IMG/VR virus record: IMGVR_UViG_3300020492_000001
Location: 1-64,000 of that record
Length of the DNA stretch: 64,000 nt
Source of the DNA: a virus
Lineage: Duplodnaviria > Caudoviricetes
Strand: one strand, 5' to 3'
Made by a program: the position numbers and the translations under genes. The notes beneath the pieces are model-generated. The model did no database searches. It was given only the letters and a program-made list of their open reading frames with translations, and was not told where the DNA came from. Below are positions 1-10,400 of this stretch, one piece after another (position 1 is the first letter of the stretch; every line of letters starts with the position of its first letter).

Positions 1-1409
1 CTAATAGCTCCTTGGGTAAAACTATTAACATAACTACCAAATGATTTAGCATCAAAGGCATCTGTTCCAAATTGTCCTCTCTCATCAGGAGTTAATTTAT
101 CCCATAATTGTTCACCTGCTTTTTGAGCAAAATCAGTAGCAACTTCATTACTACCTTCTTCAAACATATCTTTTACTACTTGTCCACTTTTTAATCCAAC
201 CTTTGCTAAAGTAGAATACTCAGTACTAAAATCTTTCATCACTTGCTTAAATCCATTTTTAGTAAGTAAACCTGTTGTAGCATCAGTTTCAGCTTTTTTA
301 ATTATGTTTTTAAGAACCTCTCTCTCTCCTGATTTAAAAGCGTTAGACATAATCTTACCTTCTAAACCAAAAGCAGCGTCAATAGCAGATTTTACAGTAG
401 CAATTCCTAATGAAACAGCACCCTTATCTCTACCTTCTAACCCAGCCTCCTCAGCAGCATCTCTAGTTTCTCCGATATTAGTGAAGAAACTTCCTGTAAA
501 TATAGCTCCTAATTTCCCTGCTTTACCTAAATCTAAAGCCTTATCTATTCCTTTGTAACCATACTTTAAAGCCTTAGCTCCTTTTAACCATGTAGCTCCT
601 GTTAATGAACCTAATCCAAATTCTGTGAATGATTCGGCTGTTGAATTAAATGTACCCCATAAAGCTTGTGGACTAAAATCAAATCTATCTTTATCTAATA
701 AGTCAGCCCATTTAGTTATACCTTCCATGTTATAAACAGGTCTATCTAAATCAGCATCTTTTTCAAATTTTAATCCTTCTATTGCATTTTTTCCGCTTCT
801 TAAAGTTTCAGATTCATCTCCTGTTACTAACTCATATCCTGATTGAGCAACGTCAACAACTCCACCCATTAATCCAAATACTCCATTAGCTAAACTCTTT
901 CCTATATCTTGCCAAGCATTATCATCTTTAGCAGATTCTTTAGTTCCCCAAATACTAGCAGCGTGGTATCCAACAGGTATTTTCTCTCCTTGCTCTAAAG
1001 CAATAGGTTTATAATTACCACTATTTTCATCACGTTTCATGTAGTAATCAGGTGTTGTCCAACTATTATCTATTTGTTTTGCTTTTTTACCTTGTAGAGT
1101 CACTATAGCATCTGATAATTCCTCCTTAGAAGTCAAAGGATTTTTCATCATATTTTTCAATATATCCTTTTCATCATCACGCATAGTCCGAAGAGAATTT
1201 TCTTGGATAAAATTTAATGTACTATCTATCTCTAAATCTTGAGGAGTTGTATATTTAGGTAACTCTACATTACTATCCCTGTCAAAAGTTCTAGTATCTA
1301 CAACTTCCTTCTTTACAATATTATTAGGATTGTATTCAGGAATATCAGAATTAGAATTAACTTTTTCTTTACGAACTATGTTGTTTGGATTGTATATTGG
1401 ATCTGGCAT
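1..1409 (-). CDS. 5' part of a large virion (cargo/ejection-type) protein, truncated by the window edge
   Basis: Not in the ORF track. Read manually from ATG at 1409 (MPDPIYNPNNIVRKEK...DNAWQDIGKSLANGVFGLMGGVVDVAQSG...), open to position 1. Function inferred from position after the tail genes. Confidence 0.7.
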   Translation of the reverse strand, partial: MPDPIYNPNNIVRKEKVNSNSDIPEYNPNNIVKKEVVDTRTFDRDSNVELPKYTTPQDLEIDSTLNFIQENSLRTMRDDEKDILKNMMKNPLTSKEELSDAIVTLQGKKAKQIDNSWTTPDYYMKRDENSGNYKPIALEQGEKIPVGYHAASIWGTKESAKDDNAWQDIGKSLANGVFGLMGGVVDVAQSGYELVTGDESETLRSGKNAIEGLKFEKDADLDRPVYNMEGITKWADLLDKDRFDFSPQALWGTFNSTAESFTEFGLGSLTGATWLKGAKALKYGYKGIDKALDLGKAGKLGAIFTGSFFTNIGETRDAAEEAGLEGRDKGAVSLGIATVKSAIDAAFGLEGKIMSNAFKSGEREVLKNIIKKAETDATTGLLTKNGFKQVMKDFSTEYSTLAKVGLKSGQVVKDMFEEGSNEVATDFAQKAGEQLWDKLTPDERGQFGTDAFDAKSFGSYVNSFTQGAI

Positions 1410-1410
1410 A

Positions 1411-2847
1411 TTATCTTGATTTACCTAAATATTGTTTTGTTTGAGCGTCAAACATATTACCTTGATTATCGTACTCTATTTCTCTTGTTGGGATATTTTC
1501 AACATCACCCATCTCTCCTATTTGTTTAGAAGTTTCACCTACCGCATTATTTAATTTAAAAGCATAAGCTTGATTTTTCTCAGGGTCAAATACGTGTTGT
1601 GTTTTTAACTTATAAACAGGCTCTTTATCTTTACCGCTTTCATAAGAAACTTCAATATTCTTTTTCATAGAAGGCTCATCTAGCCATCCTAATTCATCCA
1701 TTTCTTTTTTAGAATAAACAGAGTAACCGTGTATAACTCCAATTCCTTTATTTGAACCTTTAGCATATTCACTAATTCTACCATCTTTTGTTTTATATGG
1801 CTTTACTCTAACTACACCATTAGCTCTTACATAACTTCCTATAGGAATAAACTCACGTCCACTCTCGTCTTTTATATAATTTCCATCAGCGTCATAAATT
1901 TTAACAGTAGGTTTAACTCCAATCATTTTAGTTAAATTTTCAGCTCCAGGATAAGAAGATCCTGAATCTCTAATCATTTTATTATATGTATCAATAGGTC
2001 TTCCTGAACCTCCTTTAGCATCTTCCATGTCCATTTTACGTTTCCATTGAGCAGCTATCAAAGCATGATTAGGTTCTCCAAATTTACGCTCTAGTTTAAT
2101 ACCTGCTCTTATCATCTCAGCAGCAGCTTGTATTCCTTCTTCGTCAGTCTTAACTCCATTTTGAACTTGGAATTGTCTCTTTCTTTGATTATATAAATTA
2201 ACTGCTAGTGGACGCAAAGTAGCATCATCCACTAATTGATGGTATCCACCATTTCCATCTTGTTGATATTTATCAGAACGATATTTATTACCTACTTCTA
2301 TTGCAGTAGTCGGTAAATCAATAAAATCTTCAGGTTTATCATAAACGAATGCTTGTGGACCAAAAGTAGCAGCAGCCTCTTGTCCGTCTTGATGTCCATA
2401 CTTTAGATAGTTTTGTTTCTTAGCTAATAACTCTTGGTAAGCTCCTGCATCGTATTGATTAGGATTCTTTGCTACTTTAGCTAAATCATCATTTAATCTT
2501 TTAAAAGACTCATCTGATGCCATTCCTCTAATAACGTTTTGATTAGATTTAAGGTATTTCTTCTTCTCATTAATTTGTCTTCTTACATTAGGATTATATC
2601 TAAAGTCAGGATTATCTCTAATAATAGTTCCTATCTCACGAATGGTTTTATCCGCCTCTCCTTTAATTAAATTATAGTCATAAGAGTTGGCAGCATTCAT
2701 GTAATCTAAGTCATCCTCAAATGCCTTTAACTCAGCCGTATTCTCGGCTTGAGCGCGTTTCATTTGTTGGTCTTGATACCTAGCATCAGCAATACGTTGG
2801 TCGTATCCTAAATCTACTGCGAGTCCTTTGGCTGTTCCCCATTCCAT
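1411..2847 (-). CDS. putative virion cargo/ejection protein (478 aa)
   Basis: Helical, charged protein between two large virion-type genes; function from synteny only. Confidence 0.45.
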   Translation of the reverse strand: MEWGTAKGLAVDLGYDQRIADARYQDQQMKRAQAENTAELKAFEDDLDYMNAANSYDYNLIKGEADKTIREIGTIIRDNPDFRYNPNVRRQINEKKKYLKSNQNVIRGMASDESFKRLNDDLAKVAKNPNQYDAGAYQELLAKKQNYLKYGHQDGQEAAATFGPQAFVYDKPEDFIDLPTTAIEVGNKYRSDKYQQDGNGGYHQLVDDATLRPLAVNLYNQRKRQFQVQNGVKTDEEGIQAAAEMIRAGIKLERKFGEPNHALIAAQWKRKMDMEDAKGGSGRPIDTYNKMIRDSGSSYPGAENLTKMIGVKPTVKIYDADGNYIKDESGREFIPIGSYVRANGVVRVKPYKTKDGRISEYAKGSNKGIGVIHGYSVYSKKEMDELGWLDEPSMKKNIEVSYESGKDKEPVYKLKTQHVFDPEKNQAYAFKLNNAVGETSKQIGEMGDVENIPTREIEYDNQGNMFDAQTKQYLGKSR

Positions 2848-2971
2848 GTGTAAAATATTTGTTGTTAAAGATATAAAATTTTATAACTCATTATAAACAA
2901 AAAATAGGAATATTTCTACTCCTACTTTTAATTCATTCGTTGATTATTTTAATCATCATTATTAATACTTG

Positions 2972-2999
2972 TTTAACGTAAGTTATTTTAAAAGGTTAC
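2972..2999 (-). promoter_or_regulatory. ECF-like promoter motif
   Basis: GTAACC-N15-CGTTAAA. Confidence 0.6.
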
Positions 3000-5900
3000 G
3001 TTGTAGGGGTATAATTATTTAAACTATATCCTCTAGCCTCGTCTGCTTTTAATCTAGCTTGTTGGTCTTGTCTAAATCTATATGCTCCAATAGTATTAGC
3101 TAATCCTGCGCCTATTAATTCACTTCCTGCTTGTTGTTTTTGCTGAAAGGTATTCATAGCATCGTTATAAGCTTGTCTTCTATTAGCTGCTAATATAGTT
3201 GCTCTATCAGCCGCCATTACATCAGCATATTTTTGCTTATTCATTCTCATCTCAGAGTCAGCTTGTTTTAAGCCTAATTTATTCTTCCAAGCATCGTTAA
3301 TAGCAGCTCTGTTACGATTAAATGAATCAGATGCGCTAGCATTTAACCCTGCAAATTTAGCATCGTTTAATCCGCCTTGTATATCTTGCTCTGCCATGAA
3401 TCTTTGCTCAGGAGTTAATCCGAATAAAGCATCTTGTTGAGCGCGGTTAACAGCAGCATTATAAGTTGGGTCTATTACAGCTTTATCAATAGGACGTTTC
3501 TCTTTGCCTAGCATATTTAATCCTAATGCAGATTGTCCTATTCCTACGAATGCAGTTGGGTCAATATTACTTAATTTATCCGCCCAAGCGTTTTTAGATT
3601 TAGGTTTTGACGCTAAATAATTTTCATTATTTACTACATTAGCATCGTTTATAACAGCTTGTCTTGTTGGTGCATTAGCAATAGAAGCCTCTTGCATAGC
3701 AGCTTGATTAGCAGTCTTTAATTCAGCATCTTGTTTTAATCCTTGTAAAGACAAATCCTTAGTAGGTAAATTATCTACTGTTACTTTAGAAGCCTTTACT
3801 TTAGGTGCTTTTAAAGATGGTTTAGCTGTAGGTATATTTTCAGTAACTACACTTGGCTTAGTTTCCGCTTTAGGAGCTACTTTATTTGTCGCAGCCTTAA
3901 CTTCTGCGACATCTTGTTTAACTTCAGTCGTAGGCGATTCCGTTGATTTACTATCTTCAACCGCTTTTGTTTTTTTGTTTTCATTAAGTAATTTATTAAC
4001 ATTAGCTATCTCTTTACCTATGTCAATAGTTTTTTTCTGAAGATTAATCTTAGCTATTATATTCCCAGAATCAGCGTCTTTTTTAATATCGGCATATTCT
4101 TTAAGAAGGTCTTTTTTTCTTTGAACAAGAGCTTTTTCTTCATTTTCAACTTGCTTAGTCGTTTTATTAACAACATTATCTTTGTAAGGCTTATTTTCTT
4201 TTGGATTAAAAACTTCTAACTTAGGTCTAGTCTTAGCACTTTCATAAAGCGATACTTTATCTTTTAAAACGCCTTTAGCCTTATTTAAGTATCCTAATTT
4301 ATCATTTTCTATTTTATCATTTAGCTTCTTAGTAGATTCATGATTGTCTGTAACCTTTCTGTCTTTTTTAAAATCATTTAGCTCTTTTTCTAATTTAGAC
4401 ACTTCTTTTTTAGCATCCATAACTTTTTTAGCGTTAGCCACAATCTCATCATTATTATCAACGTCTCCGCCTAAAGCATATCCTTTCATCTTAGGAGCCA
4501 TAATCTCACCTCCTTCTGCCCATGTTGTTCTTGCATAAGCTCTGAAATGAGGATTGTTATCTAAGTTCTCTTTATGTCTTGCGTAGAAAGCTTTTTTTCT
4601 TTCAATGTCTTTAGGATGTTGTCCTAAGTTAGGGTCTCCAAAGTATTTTACAGTTCCATCTGGTCCTGTTACTTTATGAGTTTTACCTTCTCTATCACCT
4701 GACCTTTGAACTACATATCCGCCCATTTTCATTTCTTCACTATTATTTTCTGAGTTAGGAGCTAAATCTTCTAATTCAATACCAATAGATTCTAAGTATT
4801 CATTCTCTTCAGGAGTAAACAAATGTTCTCCATTAGATAGTTTTACCGCTTCTCCTTCTTCTTGTTTAAGATTAGCTTTCTTATTAGGAGCTTTTAAATA
4901 TAGTTTACGAATACCTTTTGCTAGTTCTGCATTCTCGGCAGGCACTACAAATGAGCCTTCTTTTACTTCAGCCATTATACTGTCTGATTTAGCAGTTCCT
5001 TTACCTTTAATATCTCCGCCGTCAGCATACATATTTTTTATTTTACCAACTACACCACCTCTATTCATCATAGGACGATTCTTATCGAATTGTTGTCCAT
5101 CAGCCAATATCATGTTTTGATTCTCATCAAATGTAACTCCGCTTAAATTATAAGGATTAGTTATTGTAGGATTTTCTTCTTGGTTATTTCTAGCTAATAT
5201 TGCTTGTTGTTGTTTAGATGCAGTGTTAGCATCTTTTACTTCTTGAAGTTGTTTCTGAGCTTTATCTTCTAATGACTTAGTATATCCTTTTCCTGATACA
5301 TCAGTCCATCCTCCAGCATAAGAACTTCTTGTAGCTAAGGCTTTACTTGGACTTAAAAAACTTGCTCCGATAGCTGTTGTTCTAGCATCAGATTCGTTAT
5401 TAAGTTTTCCTTCTGCATTCATTGATTCTTTTCTAGCCTTAATAGGTTTTCCTATCTTATCTCCTATTGCAGCTATTCCACCAATCATTCCTCCTATTGG
5501 TCCCATTTGAGATGCGGCTGCTAATCCTGCGTTTCTTGCAGATTCTCCTTCATTTTGTGCAGGTTGTGAATTGTAATAAGCTGAGCCTATACCTCCCATT
5601 CCTTCTCCTATTCCATTGGCTACATTTCTAACTTTTTGTTGATTAGCTTTCTTTTTATTTTCATCTATAGCCTTTTTAGCTTGCATATTGTTTTGAGCAG
5701 TATATTGATCATTCATTCCAACTACGCCACTTCCAAATGTATCTATTGGTTTATAAGAACTGTTTGAATCCCCATAGGTTCCATCAATATTCATATTAGG
5801 ATTATAGACAGGACCTCCATCATAATATCCTTTAATCTTACTTACAATACCACCTTTAGCAAACTTACCTTTAATCTCAATAGGATTATCTATATTGTAC

Positions 5901-6763
5901 ATTCTACCTACTTCCATTTCTCCTTTTCTTAAAGGAGTTATATTCTTTGTATTCATTTGAACTCCTACATTTGGAGTAACAATAGGATTTCCTTGAGTAT
6001 CGTATTTTTGTTCAATATATCCAACAGGAGCAGTAGATAAAGCATTCGGAACATCTGCGATATTTCTTTGGTTAAATTCTCCACCGCCTCCGCCAGCTAT
6101 TCTTGTAGCTTTAGTTCCAGGCATCATTAAACTTCCTTTGTAATTAGGGTTAGCTTTATCTACTCCACTCATTGCAGGAGTTTCTATTTGTTGAGTAGTA
6201 TATTCTTTTCGTATATCATCAATAGTTCTTCCTGTATAAGTTGGTACAAATTTACCATCTTTAAAGTTTTTTAATGGATTAGCTTCATCGTAAGTAACTT
6301 CTCTACCTTCTTTGTCAATATTATATTTCCTTGATGTGTTGGTATATCTTCCTTCTGCATCAGGAGTTTCAACAGTTGTTATTCCATAATTAGCTCCCCA
6401 TTGTTTTGCTGGATCTATATTTTCGTAAGTACTAACACTTCCATACAAACCTGTTTGCTTAGGAGGTATTACTTCTGGAGGCGGTAATTTATATCGTTGT
6501 ACAGTTGACCCAAATGTAGAAGACTTTTCAGGGTCTTTTTTTCTTGGAGTACCTGTGCTTTTTTTTCCGCTATAAGGCGGATACATCTTTTTTTTAGTCT
6601 CTTCATGCTTAGTCTCAACTTCCCAATACTCTCCGCCGTCAGAATCAATTTTAAGTACAGCGTTTTTTGGTATTTCAGATTTGCTTTTAACTAATTGAGG
6701 AGCAAAATCATCATTAGATTTACTTTTAGGTGCTTTAACACTTTTTCCTTTATCTTCAGGCAT
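2996..6763 (-). CDS. putative virion cargo protein (1255 aa) with repeated [FYWM]xxGG motifs
   Basis: Low-complexity and coiled-coil segments; GGxIxGxGTxxSDSI...LSNGE motif seen in phage virion proteins; follows the tail stabilisation gene. Confidence 0.55.
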   Translation of the reverse strand: MPEDKGKSVKAPKSKSNDDFAPQLVKSKSEIPKNAVLKIDSDGGEYWEVETKHEETKKKMYPPYSGKKSTGTPRKKDPEKSSTFGSTVQRYKLPPPEVIPPKQTGLYGSVSTYENIDPAKQWGANYGITTVETPDAEGRYTNTSRKYNIDKEGREVTYDEANPLKNFKDGKFVPTYTGRTIDDIRKEYTTQQIETPAMSGVDKANPNYKGSLMMPGTKATRIAGGGGGEFNQRNIADVPNALSTAPVGYIEQKYDTQGNPIVTPNVGVQMNTKNITPLRKGEMEVGRMYNIDNPIEIKGKFAKGGIVSKIKGYYDGGPVYNPNMNIDGTYGDSNSSYKPIDTFGSGVVGMNDQYTAQNNMQAKKAIDENKKKANQQKVRNVANGIGEGMGGIGSAYYNSQPAQNEGESARNAGLAAASQMGPIGGMIGGIAAIGDKIGKPIKARKESMNAEGKLNNESDARTTAIGASFLSPSKALATRSSYAGGWTDVSGKGYTKSLEDKAQKQLQEVKDANTASKQQQAILARNNQEENPTITNPYNLSGVTFDENQNMILADGQQFDKNRPMMNRGGVVGKIKNMYADGGDIKGKGTAKSDSIMAEVKEGSFVVPAENAELAKGIRKLYLKAPNKKANLKQEEGEAVKLSNGEHLFTPEENEYLESIGIELEDLAPNSENNSEEMKMGGYVVQRSGDREGKTHKVTGPDGTVKYFGDPNLGQHPKDIERKKAFYARHKENLDNNPHFRAYARTTWAEGGEIMAPKMKGYALGGDVDNNDEIVANAKKVMDAKKEVSKLEKELNDFKKDRKVTDNHESTKKLNDKIENDKLGYLNKAKGVLKDKVSLYESAKTRPKLEVFNPKENKPYKDNVVNKTTKQVENEEKALVQRKKDLLKEYADIKKDADSGNIIAKINLQKKTIDIGKEIANVNKLLNENKKTKAVEDSKSTESPTTEVKQDVAEVKAATNKVAPKAETKPSVVTENIPTAKPSLKAPKVKASKVTVDNLPTKDLSLQGLKQDAELKTANQAAMQEASIANAPTRQAVINDANVVNNENYLASKPKSKNAWADKLSNIDPTAFVGIGQSALGLNMLGKEKRPIDKAVIDPTYNAAVNRAQQDALFGLTPEQRFMAEQDIQGGLNDAKFAGLNASASDSFNRNRAAINDAWKNKLGLKQADSEMRMNKQKYADVMAADRATILAANRRQAYNDAMNTFQQKQQAGSELIGAGLANTIGAYRFRQDQQARLKADEARGYSLNNYTPTT

Positions 6764-6810
6764 GGTATTTATGTTTTATACAAACAAAAATACATATTTT
6801 AATAATACTT

Positions 6811-7320
6811 CTAACGAGCTGCTCGACTTAAAAAAGCAAAGAAATATAAAGAATCTTCTATTTTATTAATCTTATCTCTGTAATTAAATTGAACTGAAAC
6901 AACTTTAAATCTAAATAATTTATTAAACACGTTTTGAGGAATAGCATATTCAACATAACTCAACTTATGATCTATTTCAAATGCAGCAATATAATCTTCA
7001 CTACCATCTTCAAATCCTATTTTTATAATAGAGTTGTTTAAATCTGTAGTCTTAGAGAAATAAGCATACAATCTAACTCCATAATGGCCAGCGCGGATAC
7101 TGTCAGAGAAAACAGAAAAATAAGTAGTATCTTTTCCGTCAACAAACTCTAAATTATAAGAAGGATATTTTGTAATGATACTTTTCTTGTAGTAAGAATT
7201 ATAACTAGAATATCTTTCTATCTCCATAGATTGCCCAAAAGCACAACTGCTTAATAATAAGAATCCAAATGATAATAATAAAACTAAAATGTTTGTTCTA
7301 CGAGATTTAATAGCTTCCAT
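6811..7320 (-). CDS. putative lipoprotein/membrane protein
   Basis: Basic N-terminus, hydrophobic stretch, lipobox-like LLSSC. Confidence 0.5.
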   Translation of the reverse strand: MEAIKSRRTNILVLLLSFGFLLLSSCAFGQSMEIERYSSYNSYYKKSIITKYPSYNLEFVDGKDTTYFSVFSDSIRAGHYGVRLYAYFSKTTDLNNSIIKIGFEDGSEDYIAAFEIDHKLSYVEYAIPQNVFNKLFRFKVVSVQFNYRDKINKIEDSLYFFAFLSRAAR

Positions 7321-7351
7321 AATTTCTAATATTAATTGGTTTATAAAGTAC

Positions 7352-7380
7352 TTGTACGGTAGTTATCCATAAAAGGTTAC
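7352..7380 (-). promoter_or_regulatory. ECF-like promoter motif
   Basis: GTAACC-N16-CGTACAA. Confidence 0.65.
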
Positions 7381-7384
7381 AAAA

Positions 7385-7402
7385 TAATTCAACTTTGAGT
7401 TA
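7385..7402. promoter_or_regulatory. 18-bp palindrome copy
   Basis: TAATTCAA-CT-TTGAGTTA. Confidence 0.7.
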
Positions 7403-10400
7403 TCTTTTACTTACAAACATTGTTTTTAACCATTGAGTTACCTTCTGTACATTTTTAGCAGTAGTAGGATTAGTAACATAGTTTTTATGTACAAATTTTA
7501 CCCTAACATAGTAGTCAGTTAATCTTCCTCTTAATCTATCTAATGCGACTGAAAAGAACCATGCGCCATCTATGAATCTATAATTTCTATTAGTAGAAGA
7601 TATATTTAAATCACTTGAAGCCTGATTTTCTGTATCAAAATAAACACTTGTAGAGTTCGGTCCAATAGTCTTTACCTGCATATTTTGTGGGGTTACCGCC
7701 ATGTCAGTCTTGAAATTAACAACAACCTCTTGCTCAAAATCCCATACCTTACCATAGAACTTACATAAGTCAGCTCCAAAGTTTTGTAAATAAATCTCAT
7801 TAGTTTTATTAATAGCTAACCAAAAATCATTTGCTCCGCCAGTTGAACCTAACGCTAAAGGACTAGTACCTCCATTTGTAGTTGTGCCTGGATATGAAGC
7901 TATAGTTACATCCTTAACACAAATATACTCTACATTTTTAACTAATACTGTATCTCCAATTACAAATGAAGTAGATGGCATATCTGCATTATAAGCTTTA
8001 GTATTCTTAGGATTATTTGCCGACACTACTAAATCATTATGATTATGCCATATTGCAGGACAATTATCAGTAAATGCTACAAAAGCATTTAAAACATGAT
8101 TGTATCCTAAAGTAAAATCTCTGTTTACAAATGTAATTTTTTTTACTGGTTCCGTATCTGTTTTAGTGTATTTAAAAGTTAAGTAAGTCATTTTAAATGT
8201 AGGGTCGTAAACTCCCACTATACCATATCCCATTAAAGGAATTTCAGGTATATCTAAATTATTTGTATTATAAATAGTAGATGTAACAGCAGGAAACAAT
8301 ACATTACCTTCATTAAATTCATTATTAAAGAATACTTGCAATCCTTTAACCATAGACATTTCTTCAGGCTTACTTCCAATACCCATTACCATAAATGCTC
8401 TTCTACGCATATCAAACCACGCAAAACCATATTCTGTTTCTGTTAGTCCGTGTTGGTGTTGATTTCCAAAGTTAGTATCTATATCATCATATCTATCAAT
8501 AACTCCTGTCACACCTAATGCAGTAGCATCTCCTAAAGCACTTCCTCCGACTAATTGACGTTCTAATATCGGCGTGTAACCTACTGAGTGGTCTTGCCAA
8601 TAGAATAGTTTAGAATCTCTTGCTTTAAGATTATTAATTTGTCCACGCTGTCCATCTAAATCTCTGTAATCAGGTATTCTAAATACACGGAATGAATCTA
8701 TTAATTCACCAGGCGTTTTGTATTTACTCCATCTAATTCTGTAATCAAATTCTCCTGTAAACTTATAATTAAGTGGTAGTGACGGATATTTAATAAAATT
8801 ACCATCGGTAGTATATGCTTTGTTATAATTATAAGATTCTAATTGTGTCGTAGGAGACAAAGATGAATCAAACCATCCTATGCCTGTAGCTCCCGAAGAA
8901 GGATACATATTCTTATTTGATACCTTTTGCCCTCTTCTTAAATTATAGTTTACATTACCCTCACATGGAAACCATAAAGCATAAGACATAGCATTGTCGC
9001 TAGTTTCAAATGCTTCATCCCATAATCCATATCCTAAATCAATAAGATTTGTAAAGCAATCTCCGCCGAACACCTCTATATCATTAAAAGTATATTTATT
9101 TTCTCCTGCGTAAATTCCTGAAGCAAACGTTCCGTTTAAAGTATCCGCTTTAACTTGTGTGTTAATAGGTTGAAAGTGACCACAAGACATATACAATGTA
9201 TTAGCTATAGCTGATTCGCTTGCTCCTCCGTATTGATTAGCTGGGTCTGTATCTGTTATAAAATTAGCTAACATCTTGTTATAGTTAGACGTATTAGCAG
9301 TAGCGTTATAATCCGTTAAAGCATCAAAGTGATTAAATTGAGATTTAATTATTTGCTTTTTACACCCAACAGATAAAATATCAAAGCCTGGGTCAAAAGG
9401 TGTTACGCCACAAATAGAATCATAATTAAGTGTTACTTGAAATTCATTTACGTTAGAATATCTATTTCTATAATCAACACTTGTTCCTAAAAAACCTCCA
9501 GCGCCAGTATTTTCATCAAAATTATAAACAGCATTTCCATTCATTGATTTAAGAGGTAAAGTTCTTGGAGAACTAGCATCTTTTCCTGTACCAAAGCTTC
9601 CAACAGGCATTTGAAATAATTTAGTAAACATTACTCTTTTTTGAGTATCTGTTTTTAATTGACTTCCATTTAACCAACAAGCTTCTTTTAAATTATCTCC
9701 AATTTTAACCGCAGAAGGAAAAGAATATCCAGTTTGTATATCAGGCGATAATACAGAGTAAATATAGTATCCATCTCCAACTTCATACATAGGTAAAATA
9801 CTATAATCTGTTCTGCATATACCTAATGGCATAACAGAATTAAAACCAAGCAAATTACTATATACACTTTGCATTAATAATCCTTGCGTAATTACAATCG
9901 GGTCGCGTTCTGCTCTTACTATACTAAACCCACTAACTTGATTCATTATTGATTCAGGTATATCTAATCCACTTACATTAATTCCAGATGTATTTAATGC
10001 GTAAGAGTATTGAGTAGGAGTTGTTCCAAATATGGCGCTTTTTGTCATTAATCCTCCTTTATCAGGAATAGTATCAAAAGTGTAGTCAAAAGTTGTTGGA
10101 TCTCCTTTTATATATTTTACATAGAATGGATTACCCTTTAAGTCAAAAAACAAAATTCCAAATCTATATTTTTCTCCACTCCAATATCCTTTATTATGAG
10201 ATGCTACAGCAGGGTCTTTGTAATCCCAAAATCCTGTTGTTAATTGTATAGCATCTTCTCTTCTTTTTCCTACATCAGAAGAAGATGGATTAGTAACTGT
10301 ATATTTATTTTTAGTTGTACATGGTCTTACTGATGCTGTTCCTGTAAATAACATTATAGCCCAAATAGAACCTCCAACAATAACCTCTCCAGTAACATAA

